From Oopsacas minuta (lineage: Eukaryota > Animalia > Porifera): DNA of 64,000 nt. The notes beneath the pieces are model-generated. The model was not told the DNA's origin, searched no databases, and saw nothing but the letters and a program-made list of their open reading frames with translations. The position numbers and the translations under genes are program-made. The DNA lies in the NCBI GenBank assembly GCA_024704765.1, contig JAKMXF010000310.1:744001-808000 (forward strand), written 5' to 3'. Position 1 is the first letter of the stretch. Each line of letters opens with the position of its first letter. Of this stretch, positions 1 through 10,504 are shown in pieces.

Positions 1-361
1 TTATCCAAATGCCAAAGCTATTATGGAACTATTCTCCAGATCAGAACCTATTTCTGGCATTTTTCCTGTTTCTATCCTTAGCGAGTGCGAGAATAAAGCT
101 ATTGCTAGTCTCTCTTGTGGTAACCAAATTGATACATGTCTGCTTTATGAGATTTTTGAAAAAATGCATACTCTAAGGCTATTCCTTAGCTCGTTTGGTG
201 AAGTTAAAGAACAATGTACTACTGGTACAGGATTCACCCTTCATCCTATTCTTGCTGGTGTTCTAAGGGCTATTCTATCCAAGATTGAATTACTCAATAA
301 CTATAGAGAAGGACGGAAGGCAGTAGAGGCTTCCCCATCAAATGACACTCTAGATAATTAA
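1..361 (+). CDS. 3' part of an unidentified protein, frame open to the window edge
   Basis: Frame is open from position 2 (YPNAKAI-MELF...) to TAA at 359-361. No recognisable motif. Its stop lies 10 bp from the stop of the convergent gene at 372. Confidence 0.4.
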   Translation, partial: YPNAKAIMELFSRSEPISGIFPVSILSECENKAIASLSCGNQIDTCLLYEIFEKMHTLRLFLSSFGEVKEQCTTGTGFTLHPILAGVLRAILSKIELLNNYREGRKAVEASPSNDTLDN

Positions 362-371
362 CAAGTATACT

Positions 372-2299
372 TTATAGTATCTTTACTAAACTCTTTTTGC
401 TGTTACAACTTTTACAAATGAACGAGGAAACCTTTTGTGTAATATCCTGTAGGCCAACACATGGTTTGTGAAACCATTGGGTACACACTTGACAATTCAC
501 CATATTCTTGAAAGCGAACTCGGGTAGACGACAAATACACCAAAGTTCAATTGTATATTCCAACTTCTTATTAACCTTTATCCGTGAACAGAGTCTTTCA
601 GAAATTGTAGGCAGGGGTGATAATTTTTCAGAAATAATGAAATTACGCAGGTGACGTCTCATATTGCCCTGGTTCCATCTCAATATACTTGGTTCTAAAC
701 CATTCGCCAACGCGATACTAACTACAATAGCAAAGACACCACAATCTGAAATCCCTCTTTGTTGTTGTAGCTCTTGAACTGTAACTTTTAAATCTTCAGT
801 CTCGCTTCGATAAAGCAGTGCAAGTTGGATGTCCAGCTCTTCACTTAGACCCCGGATTAATAACGAATCATATACTGATATATTTCCTTCATCGTCAATC
901 CTAGACACTTTCCAGTGTAGTTTACCATCGTGGTGTATTTGAAAACTATTTAGTGCTGCTCTAACAAATTGGCGATTCTAACAAGATAAAAGACATGCAA
1001 TTTGAAATGCCAATTATTTTCAGGATGATAAAATAAGCAAAATAATAGATTTACCTTAGATAAAATAGTATCCTGGAATCCTTCAATGTCTGGATAATTA
1101 TTCTTTATCAAAACCTAAACATAATGCATTAAGTAACCTGGTAAAAGTTGTTTAGTTGTTTGTCGAAGCGAAGTGCGAACGTAGGTTATAAATGGTATTG
1201 AAATATAATATAATTAAATCATAGAGAGAGCTTACCCCAAAGGCGTTGATAGTCACATCACTAAGAAAGGTTTTGTCATTCGATAGCTCTTTAAGACAGT
1301 CATCCCTTACTTTTTCGTCTAAAATTCTCACAAATGTTACATTTAATGGAATTAAAGCCTTTGCTGCTGATAATCCTGCCATTGAAACTACAGATGTATC
1401 CAAAAGAGACTGAGGGGAAGTAAAGGGTGAGTGATCGGGTTGCTGTTCTGATATGGTATTTGGTGTTGAATGGATCGATTCACCAAGATATAGTGGAGAC
1501 GATGGGCATTTCTCTGGAGAAGTATTTAGAGATATTTCCACATTGGAATTCGGAGAGGAAGGTGAATGATAAGTTGGATTATATATATTCCGTCATCCAA
1601 GTCTGAATCTAAACAATCTTCTTTTGATAAATGTATAGGTGACCTGTCTCTAAAACTATCAGATAGATCTGGAGAAAAGTATTCGCGCATCGATTTGATA
1701 ACAGATAGCAAAGTAGTTCTGCCCATATTCTTTGATTGCTTGAGAAATGGAATTTCCTTGGGCCAAAATATTGGCCGGAGTTCACTTTTCCCCCAAAAAT
1801 TACGCGGTTTTCCTACAATTAAAATATGATATACGTATTACCAAATTATTACTTACTTAAGTATTACATACCAATTTGTTTCAATAGCAGTACATACCCT
1901 GTACCCACGAAATAACAACAAAGGGTGGCTTCCAAAACTAAGGGTAAGAAAAACAAGAAACTTACTGTTCATCTTTTGAGTTCCCCATGATAAAATCTTT
2001 CTTAACGCCTGGACATTATGTGTGTGTGGATCTTGTTTCATCAGGTCCATCATTTCATCTTCTTTATAATCATCTCGAACAACTGATGAGTCTCCGATCA
2101 CAGAGCGTTCAAATGTTAAGCTTCGCCAAATTTGTTCTTTCGTTTCAGCAACATGCTGCCGGTAAGTATCGCTTCCCAGAACTGACAATTGTCCCCTCCA
2201 GGAGTAGACAACCCCTACAGATTCTCCCGTTACCTTTGTAAACGTTGCAATCGCTTTAGCTAAATGCTCTCTAGCGTTGCCCTTGGTAATACGAGGCAT
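372..2299 (-). CDS. NRF1/Ewg-type DNA-binding domain + Ulp1/SENP-like cysteine peptidase + PHD finger, 4 exons, one 2-nt frameshift (about 524 aa if corrected)
   Basis: Exons 2299-1966, 1812-1236, 1114-1055 and 977-372 have GT-AG boundaries in compatible phase. Splicing creates KMN-RKPRNFWGKSELRPIFWPKEIPF, resembling NRF1 GRGKPGWGKESCKPIWWPEDIPW. Peptidase motifs: LSDVTINAF, YPDIEGFQDT, FQIHHDGKLHW (His), VYDS (Asp), QQQRGISDCGVFAI (Gln/Cys). PHD: WCIC...CQVC..WFHKPC...CKSC. One extra AT unit at 1579-1588 shifts the frame in exon 2. Confidence 0.75.
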
Positions 2300-2442
2300 T
2301 CCAGCTAATTTGAACAAATTATAGTAAGAAAGTATTCATCTAGACTGGTAGACTGATTACTAGAGTGAATAACTGAGATCTGAAAAGCAGTCTAATAAAA
2401 TTAATCTGTATAATATACGCCTACTATGGTACATGAATCCCT

Positions 2443-2523
2443 ATGCGCACAGTACTTAATGGACATGCGCACAGTACTTAATGGACATGCGCACAGTACT
2501 TAATGGACATGCGCACAGTACTT
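2443..2523. repeat. 22-bp tandem array (ATGCGCACAGTACTTAATGGAC) x3.7
   Basis: Identical units start at 2443, 2465, 2487 and 2509 (partial). Each contains the palindromes TGCGCA and AGTACT. Confidence 0.95.
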
Positions 2524-2869
2524 TTTAATACCTCGTGAAAACAGAAACTTCTCGTATTAATAATAAGTTTTACCCTCTTATGCGCACGCAAGTAATATAT
2601 TTAATTCACTGAGAACAATTAACCTTTTTACAACTCAATTTTTGCTTAATTACATTCCGATCATAATTTGTCTCACTTACTGTTTGTCATTTTGTAATCT
2701 AGGAAGTAACCCCACTATTCTCATTGAACTAACCTCTTACCGTTTCGCGACAATTCTGAGGAACATAATCCCCTCGAATGGCGAGTGCTGCCTATACAGT
2801 GTAAATATACATTTAAACACGCCAAAATGCTAGCTACTTTCACAGTTGCAACTGAGTGAAGTGATCATA

Positions 2870-4205
2870 ACGGGTGAGCACTAAAATTTTAGACATATTT
2901 TATAGTTCACCATAACAACGAGATATTTACAAATTCATAAATCTTTGTTCACCAATGCATTATTTGTATATAGATTTCAAATTCAAACCATTTTCGATTA
3001 TTTTAGAACATAGCATCTGGAGATGGATCATTTGAAAGTGACACAACGGCGACACATTATTGAACAATTTTTTCGTAAAAATTATGAGCATGAGATTTCT
3101 TATACAGTTAAGCATTTTTTGACGTTTGGAATCACAAGATCTACTATCTACAACATCATTTCTACTATCAAGAATAGAGGAACCCTAAACAGGAAGTTGG
3201 GTAGCGGTCGCAAGTCTGTCAAAATGCCCAAGAGGCTCCGGCGATCTCTCTTGTGCAAAATTAGCAATAAAGTAGGAGTCTCCACCAGAAAAATGGCTCG
3301 AAAATTCGATATCTCTCAATCATATGTTCGTAAGATTATCAAAGAGAATGGTGTTACATATCGTAAACGTAAGCGAGTCCCAGATAGCAAACCCGAACAA
3401 GAATTGAGGGCTAAGTCCAGGTGTCTAAAATTACGGAGAGACTTTTTTCCCCCATCAAGCACAACTCAAATTGTAATGGATGACGAATCGTATTTCGGAC
3501 TAAAGGATGATAATATCAATGTCAATAAGGGTTATTATATTTCAGAATCTCTCTCAGCCAAGTCTCTGAATCCTAGAATCAGTTATATTCGTAAATCCAA
3601 GTACTCACCTAAACTTTTAATTTGGTTAGCAATTTCTAAAGAAGGCATATCAGAGCCATACTTTTGTCCTCGGAATCTTTCAATTACTGGCGAAATTTAC
3701 CGAAATCAATGCATAAAAAAGCATCTAATTCCTTTCTTAGAAAAGTTTCATGATGAGGGTAAATATTACTTCTGGCCTGATCTAGCAAGTAGCCATTATG
3801 CGAAAGATACGCTTAAACTTTTTGAAGATCTAAATATCCCATATATTCCAAAATCTGCTAACCCTCCTAATACACCTCAATTAAGGCCAATTGAGGATTT
3901 CTGGGGTTATTTGAAATCCAAAGTTTATGAAGGTGGGTGGGAAGCTAAATCCTTCAGAGTGTTGAAGCAAAGGATTCGGAAATCAATCAGGCAAGTGGAA
4001 TTTTCAATTGTCCAAAGGCTATTTTCAAGTGTCAAGACGAATATCCGAAAATCTGCAGATAATGGCCCATTAGCAGCGATCCATTGAGTTCTAGCTAAAT
4101 TAAAATGTAATTCAACAAATATGATCGAATTATACAATACTCTGTTGATAATTGATACATGCTCAAACAAGATGAAATTTGTCTAATTTTTTAGTGCTCA
4201 CCCGT
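2870..4205 (+). mobile_element. Full-length Tc1/mariner-superfamily element, DD37E (TRT/ITmD37E-type)
   Basis: 31-bp TIRs (ACGGGTGAGCACTAAAA...) with 3 mismatches. TA duplications at 2868-2869 and 4206-4207. Single transposase ORF inside. Confidence 0.9.
3023..4087 (+). CDS. DD37E transposase, 354 aa, uninterrupted
   Basis: N-terminal HTH-like region. Motifs VMDDESYF, FWPDLASSHYA and NPPNTPQLRPIEDFW. 37 residues counted between the second D and the E. Confidence 0.92.
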   Translation: MDHLKVTQRRHIIEQFFRKNYEHEISYTVKHFLTFGITRSTIYNIISTIKNRGTLNRKLGSGRKSVKMPKRLRRSLLCKISNKVGVSTRKMARKFDISQSYVRKIIKENGVTYRKRKRVPDSKPEQELRAKSRCLKLRRDFFPPSSTTQIVMDDESYFGLKDDNINVNKGYYISESLSAKSLNPRISYIRKSKYSPKLLIWLAISKEGISEPYFCPRNLSITGEIYRNQCIKKHLIPFLEKFHDEGKYYFWPDLASSHYAKDTLKLFEDLNIPYIPKSANPPNTPQLRPIEDFWGYLKSKVYEGGWEAKSFRVLKQRIRKSIRQVEFSIVQRLFSSVKTNIRKSADNGPLAAIH

Positions 4206-4722
4206 TATATTGTCATTTTTGCGCTTATATGGCTCAAAGGAAGCTGGAAGCTTGACATTACCTCTTGATTTTTAATTCAAACAATTTTTTCCTTTGAAAC
4301 TCTCGCATACGCATGGATCTATAATTACCTAATTCATCCAATAATTCGAACTTCTAGCTTCTACAATTAATTAATGTAACAAATTTTGTTATTTATTGAA
4401 AATTTATAACAAATGCCTTAACACATTGAACGTTCCCTTGCTCTGTTAATAGTCAAGCAAGGTTAACTATATACATTGATTAGTTACATAGTAGATTGTA
4501 TACATTTATTCATAGTCCACACAAGTATTTTTTCCTTGTGCACTTATGTAAAACATATATGCTTGTGTATATATGCCTATTAAATATTACTATATATGCT
4601 TGTTTGAAAATTGCGAAAATATTTTATAATCGTTCTCCTTAGTGTCATTCTTTGGCTATTAGCTAGATCTTCACTTTAAATCTTTGTCATCTTATTAGTC
4701 TCAGAAAAGTACTACGTACATC

Positions 4723-5178
4723 ATGGCTGTAAGTATTGGAATTGATTTAGATAAATTAAATTCGAATCTCAGTATACGCTAGAACTATAATAGTCATAAT
4801 ACGTACTTACAACTCAAAAGTTGAATCTCATTCACTTAATAATACAATCTCTATTCAGATTTTATTTCAATATTTGTATTAATCTTGTAGAAATACATTG
4901 CTGGAGTAACTGGAGCAGTAGTAGTTGGTGCGGTTGCAGCCCCATTAGTATTACCAGCCATTGGATTTGGTTCAGCAGGTGTAATTGCTGGTAGTATAGC
5001 AGCTAGCATACAGGGTCCAGCTGTAGCCGCAGGATCATGGTTTGCATTGGGTCAGAGTATCGGAGCAACAGTAACAACAGTTGGTGCTATGACGACTGGA
5101 GGTGCTGTAGGCGGAGCTGCTGGAACTGTTGTGGCTGCCACAACTAAAGTTCTGGTTGTAGTTCTGGATTCTACCTAA
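4723..5178 (+). CDS. IFI27/IFI6 (ISG12)-family small hydrophobic protein, 97 aa, 2 exons (absent from the ORF track)
   Basis: ATG GCT then GTAAGT intron 4729-4890 ending CTTGTAG. Exon 2 (4891-5178) reads KYIAGVTGAVVVGAVAAPLVLPAIGFGSAGVIAGSIAASIQGPAVAAGSWFALGQSIGA..., matching the GFxxxGIxAGSxAA...VAAGS.VA.LQSxGA pattern of ISG12 domains. Confidence 0.8.
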
Positions 5179-5222
5179 CTTACTTTGAGCAGTTGTTGTC
5201 TTGGATTGAGCATTTTAGAATA

Positions 5223-5621
5223 CAGTCGACTCCGGTTAATCGGACCACTTTTGTCCAGAGTAAAGTGGTCCGATTATCCGGAGTGTCCGATTAACCGAAA
5301 AATCTTATTGTCAATAATTTATTGTTAGATAAATATTTCTAGTCAATGGTAATCCTATTGCTAATTGAAAAAAGAAGTAATTGATTGTTGCTTAAGTGAT
5401 CTTTCAGTATTTAGGTGAATTTTGTCAGCACAATCATCAAATCAGTTCTTTGGGCCATAAAATAATAATATAATCTAAATTATATACAAACCTAATCAAA
5501 TTTTTGATGAATATATTGACTTCAAAAAAAATAATGGTCCGATTAACCGAAAAATGTTAAATATTAATCCTGGATTAGATTCCGTCCAGGAGAAAATGGT
5601 CCGATTAACCGGAGTCGACTG
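5223..5621. mobile_element. pogo/Tigger-type MITE, 399 bp
   Basis: Perfect 25-bp TIRs CAGTCGACTCCGGTTAATCGGACCA with TA on both sides (5221-22, 5622-23). Internal extra copies of GTCCGATTAACCG at about 5266, 5285 and 5538. Confidence 0.9.
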
Positions 5622-6050
5622 TATAAGATTTAACCTGAAGTACTAGATATGTATAATGGTGTTCTTTTGTTTTGTTACTAGTTACTAGCATTTTAGATGT
5701 TTAGCATCGAATTTGTCTATTGTATTTTGTTATTTTCTGATATAAATTCCTTCTTCATAACTGAACAAGTCCTTGGCTCGTCGCTCTCCCCTCAAGGTAT
5801 ACATGAGCGTAGGAGATAGGCTCGCCAATTACTGATGGCAATCAGGGAAGCTCGCCAGCAATAGGGTTAATATTTCTTTGATAATTGATAAAGGAGATGC
5901 AATGGAACCGGTTTATTCTAGCACCAGTGTAGCAGCCCCAGAAATAATCTGGGTCAAGAAAGAATATATCCCCGGCTATGAAGTGGGATAGCCCAGATAT
6001 GCCAAGGGTAATCTGTAGGTTCCAAAATTAATATTTTCAGATTTATAGGA

Positions 6051-6160
6051 TTTGAGGATATAACATGAAGTACATTAGGGGTCGAATAATATTGAATATC
6101 CTGAAATATTTATCAGATCCAGGAGCCCAAAATTAGTCGGGGTATGGTGCATTAGGGCAT
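6051..6160 (+). repeat. Dispersed repeat, related copy at 35527-35640
   Basis: Shared GAGGATAxAACATGAAGTACA...AATATTGAA...GATCCAGGAGCCCAAAA...GGGGT. Confidence 0.7.
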
Positions 6161-6731
6161 TTACACAGCCAGCCAGGGGGTCGTGCCTCCCTGAAAAGAA
6201 CAAAATATAACCCTGAGCTGCACTACCAGTCTGTCGACTGGATATTTTTGTATTATTCTAACTATTTTGACCTACAAAGAAATGATTAAAAACACTGTTT
6301 CCACTTTATATTGATTTATTTATTTTATTTATTATTGAATTATAAGTGCAGCAATGAGTGCAAATCTGTATAAGTCTAATTTTTCATACTCCAATGCTTT
6401 GCAGACACTACAGAATCCCTGGTCTTTTCATAGAAACTAACACTAAATTGCACATCTAATGATAGAATCGTGAGATCCTTGACGAATCTCATGATTTGGA
6501 AGGCTTCCAGGTTGAGAGCCCTTATGTACGTGACAAAGTTTGGCAAGTGCATACTTCACATGAAATAATATCCTTCAAACCCTGGTGTCTTAGTGCCAGG
6601 TATCTTCCCGGACCTGTGGCACTAGGGTGAGGAGTCCTCCTTTAGGATATGTTCGCGTTCCTCACCGGATAACCAGTCATAGACCCTTATATTATTATTT
6701 ACACTTCTAATTAGTTTGTTTAGATATTCTA

Positions 6732-9700
6732 ATGATCGGTGTAGGACAGCCCCTTAGGAGGAAACGCACTTTAGAATGGATTGACAGCGATCTCTCGCCT
6801 GATGAAGATTCTAAGCCAGCAGATAACTCTATGGATAGTGACCTGGAGTTATTAAACGTATTCAAAAGCAACGAAACTAAACCAGAAATTATAGAAATGA
6901 AAGATTGGTGCGAAGAGTTCAAACCTGAATCTTCATCAGAACTTGTTGGTAATAAAAAACAGATTAATGATTTGAATAAATTCCTGAAATATTGTCTATC
7001 TCGAGCTGCTCCTTCTATCCTCCATCTATCTGGTCCTCCTGGTTGCGGTAAAAGCACAGCTCTTCGGGTACTAGGTAATGAGTTGGAGATGGATCTGGTA
7101 GAATGGAATTCACCTACTGCTGTAGTGACCAATACTGATATTGATGAAGATGATCCTATAACATATACAGAAGGACAATTGAAAACCTTCCAATTATTCC
7201 TAATAAATAATAAATACTCTTCTTATTCTGAAACATCTCTTGAATTACACCCTGATGAATTACATTTCAAATTTTCAAGTTAGTTTTACACTAAGGCCAC
7301 TGTTAGTTGGAAACATGTTTCAGCTCCACCACCCGTATCTGATTTGGCTACCGCACTAATATTGTCAATATTGTCATTATTTCACTATTTACTCAAATGT
7401 ATTTCAACTACAAGTTGTATAAACTGGGTAGAGTACAATAGAAGTATCTTTTTCATAGTATAGCATATTCTCATATCAAATTTGACTTTAGTAATTATAA
7501 TATTTTGTATGAATGACGTCAATGAACCAATTTTCCAACTGATACCTCACAAAATACTGAAATAATGATAATGAACCGCCCGCCCACATGCATGTACAGG
7601 TGAATCTAGTGTGGAGCCGAAACAAGTTTCTCATTAACAATTGCCTAATTTATTATTCGAACAATACAACCAATAGTGATAATTTTATGGATATCTTATA
7701 TCCATCCCCTTAACATGGGTATTGTATGTCAGCTTTATTCTGATGATTGTAAAATCAGAGTATTCAATTGCTTTACACAGAAAGCACAAATGTACGAATC
7801 AATAATAGAAATACGTACGTATCATCGTTATGTATCATCTGAGAATCGTAAATTTTTTTCATAGCAGCATGCCTTAATGGGAAGAAACAGTAATATTATG
7901 TCTCAACCACAAACTTATATGGTTATCATTTGTTCAACAGAACTCATCACATTGCTAGCGCATTAACTTCCCACTGAACTATACTCAATATTATTACTGC
8001 AAGTATTTTCTATTACATTCTTATTGTATCTTTTAGTAACTAAGTCACATACAGCACCTAGAGACAGAAAGAAACTTCTGATAGTAAAAGATATTCCTAA
8101 CGTAATCCTCCGTACACCATCTCTAATGCAAGAAGTACTTAGACTATACCATACACGAGGGAGACATGTGCTAGCGTTTGTAGTACCTTCTTCTCACGAA
8201 TCTTCTGATCCTTATTGGAAGCTATTTTCTAGAGAATTACTTGGAGAGTTTGGTATAGCTAGTATATGTTTTAATGCAGTACATAATACTGGTATGAGTA
8301 AAGTAATATCTAGAGTAATGCTACAGAAGACTAATAGAGTTGATGACTTATTGCTTGATGAGGTGCTGGCTGCTTCTACAGGAGATCTCAGGTTTGCTCT
8401 CAACACTCTACACTTCTATCTCTTCAATTCTACTAATCTCTCATGCATAAACATTCTGAACAAAAAGGTAAATTCTCAACAGGAATTGTTATACAAACCT
8501 TTGTGTAACAGTTTCTACTTCGCTATAAAATCACAAAATACTTACAGCGTGACTTACATTATAATAAGGCCAGTTCATTGACATAAAATTTTGACTTCTA
8601 AAGATACTTTGGTATCTTCCCCTAGTACAAAATTTCATGTCAATGAACTGGCATTTTATAACGTAGATCACGTGTGAAGTTATTCTGACATTAATAAAGT
8701 ATCCATAACAGACTAATCATCATCTGCGCTTGGATTCATTAAATTATTGACTTAAGATCTCTTCCTAATCCCAATACTTGAATATTGGTAGTTCTATTTT
8801 ACCTAGAGGTCCAAATCTTAATTCAGGAATTACTGTGTCATTCCCATTCTGATTGGACTATGGATTTGTACAACTTTTAACAACATAATTTAGAATCCTT
8901 ACTCCTGGTTTACTTTTCTATATTTTATTATCATTTCGCTATTTTGTAGAAATTAACTAAGCGAGTTAAGAAGAATGCAACAAGCCTATCCTCCTATAAA
9001 CCAGTCCCGCCTGTCCCAGTTTATTCATCAATAAAGAATCATCCTCTATCATCTCTTCATGCTATTGGTAAGGTATTACATGCAAAGAGGAAACCATGGA
9101 GAAGCAAAGATGTGCCTGCCTCTCTACCTTCTCATCTATCTCACCACACAAGAGAGGAACTCCAATATCAACCCGATCACGTATTCGAAACCTCAACTCT
9201 GTCAAGCGATCTCTTTCTATCTTTCTTACATTGCAATCTTCCAGAATATTCCATAGACATAAATGAATTAACAATAGCCTGTAATTACCTCAGTCAATCA
9301 GATATCCTATCTCCTCTCAGCTCCAGACTACATTACATACCGTCACACTACTCACCGTATGTAGCTAGTATAGGTATATCCCATTCTCTTACTCAGTGTG
9401 TATCTTCTAAGTTTACGATTAATGGACCTATTGACAGACAGATCAGGGAAAACATATCGGGGAATCAATCCCTGCTGATAGAGATAGCAAGAGAAACTAA
9501 TCAGTATGAAACTAATCATATACGATTAGCTACTGATCTACTATCTTACCATCAACTATTACCTAATCTGCATAATTCAAATCGTCTACAACAGCTGGTG
9601 AGCTGTTACAAACTCCATGAGAGGAGATTCATTAGTAGAGACTTTCCCTCTCTTATAGCTCAACCTAGTAACTTCTCTACAGTTAATGTTACAAGTCCTA

Positions 9701-9765
9701 ATTCTAGTGAGGAAGAGGATCAGTCTCTCATTGTAGAAGATTTCCCTGAATATGAGAATTGGTGA
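6732..9765 (+). CDS. RAD17: Cell cycle checkpoint clamp loader RAD17, 3 exons, about 597 aa
   Basis: Exons 6732-7278, 8037-8467 and 8950-9765 are phase-compatible with GT-AG boundaries. Walker A LSGPPGCGKST followed by LVEWNSP; LLIVKDIPN; STGDLRFALNTL; LSSLHAIGKVLHAKR. Confidence 0.9.
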
Positions 9766-10504
9766 TTGTTATTTTAGTGTATTGTATTTTCGTATACTGA
9801 CTCTGTTCAGCGATTTGCTATGTAATAATCACTCCCTATGAGTTTGAAAATGATTTTAATTGTGTACGTGCGTGGATTGGAGGGCAATACATAATTTATC
9901 CTCTTGGCAACACTATGCTTACAGTTATCTTAGAAATTAAAAAGAGTACCTCTGAGGAGCGGGCGACGAGTTCATTGCTAAGTAACTAGCCAAAGGGTCG
10001 TGGCTCTGTCCTACTAGAATACCCTAGAAATTCTGTGGGAAGGGAATTATTTTCTATGACAACCCCGCAGTAATTTCTGAATTATTTTTCACCTATTTAA
10101 TTGAAAATTACTGGTATTCGCTTGTTAGGTGGGTTACCATGTCAGTGAATTTGTGAAGTGAAAGTCGTGGGCCTTGCCCCTTGGAGTGAACAGACATCTG
10201 AGTTACCTGCATGAGGCGCCTAGATAACAAACGTTTCACGGTTGTTGTGCTATCCCGCTCGACACTCCGGTAGGACTATTTTCTACTGTTATTGAAGCCG
10301 AAGCGTAGCTAGCATTTCCTCTTTGGGTTGCTGACAATTGCTCTTGGGTAGCTAGCAAACTCAATAGTACAGAGATTACTAGCTTCCCGATTAATCGAGG
10401 GGTTATAACTGGGGTTGCTGGCAACCCCTAGCTACGCCTATGTTAGAGACCATGAAATTGTATTTCTCTGTAATGTAATACCAATCTGTTATTAGCTAGA
10501 GAGG

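Noticed and set aside
2443-2523. 22-bp repeats as a CRISPR array
   Set aside because: Units are head-to-tail with no unique spacers, no cas genes are present, and the DNA is eukaryotic.
6380-6690. Minus-strand coding-like relic (GFEGYYFM*SMHLPNFVTYIRALNLEAFQI)
   Set aside because: Two stops in about 100 codons and no family I can name; too weak to call.
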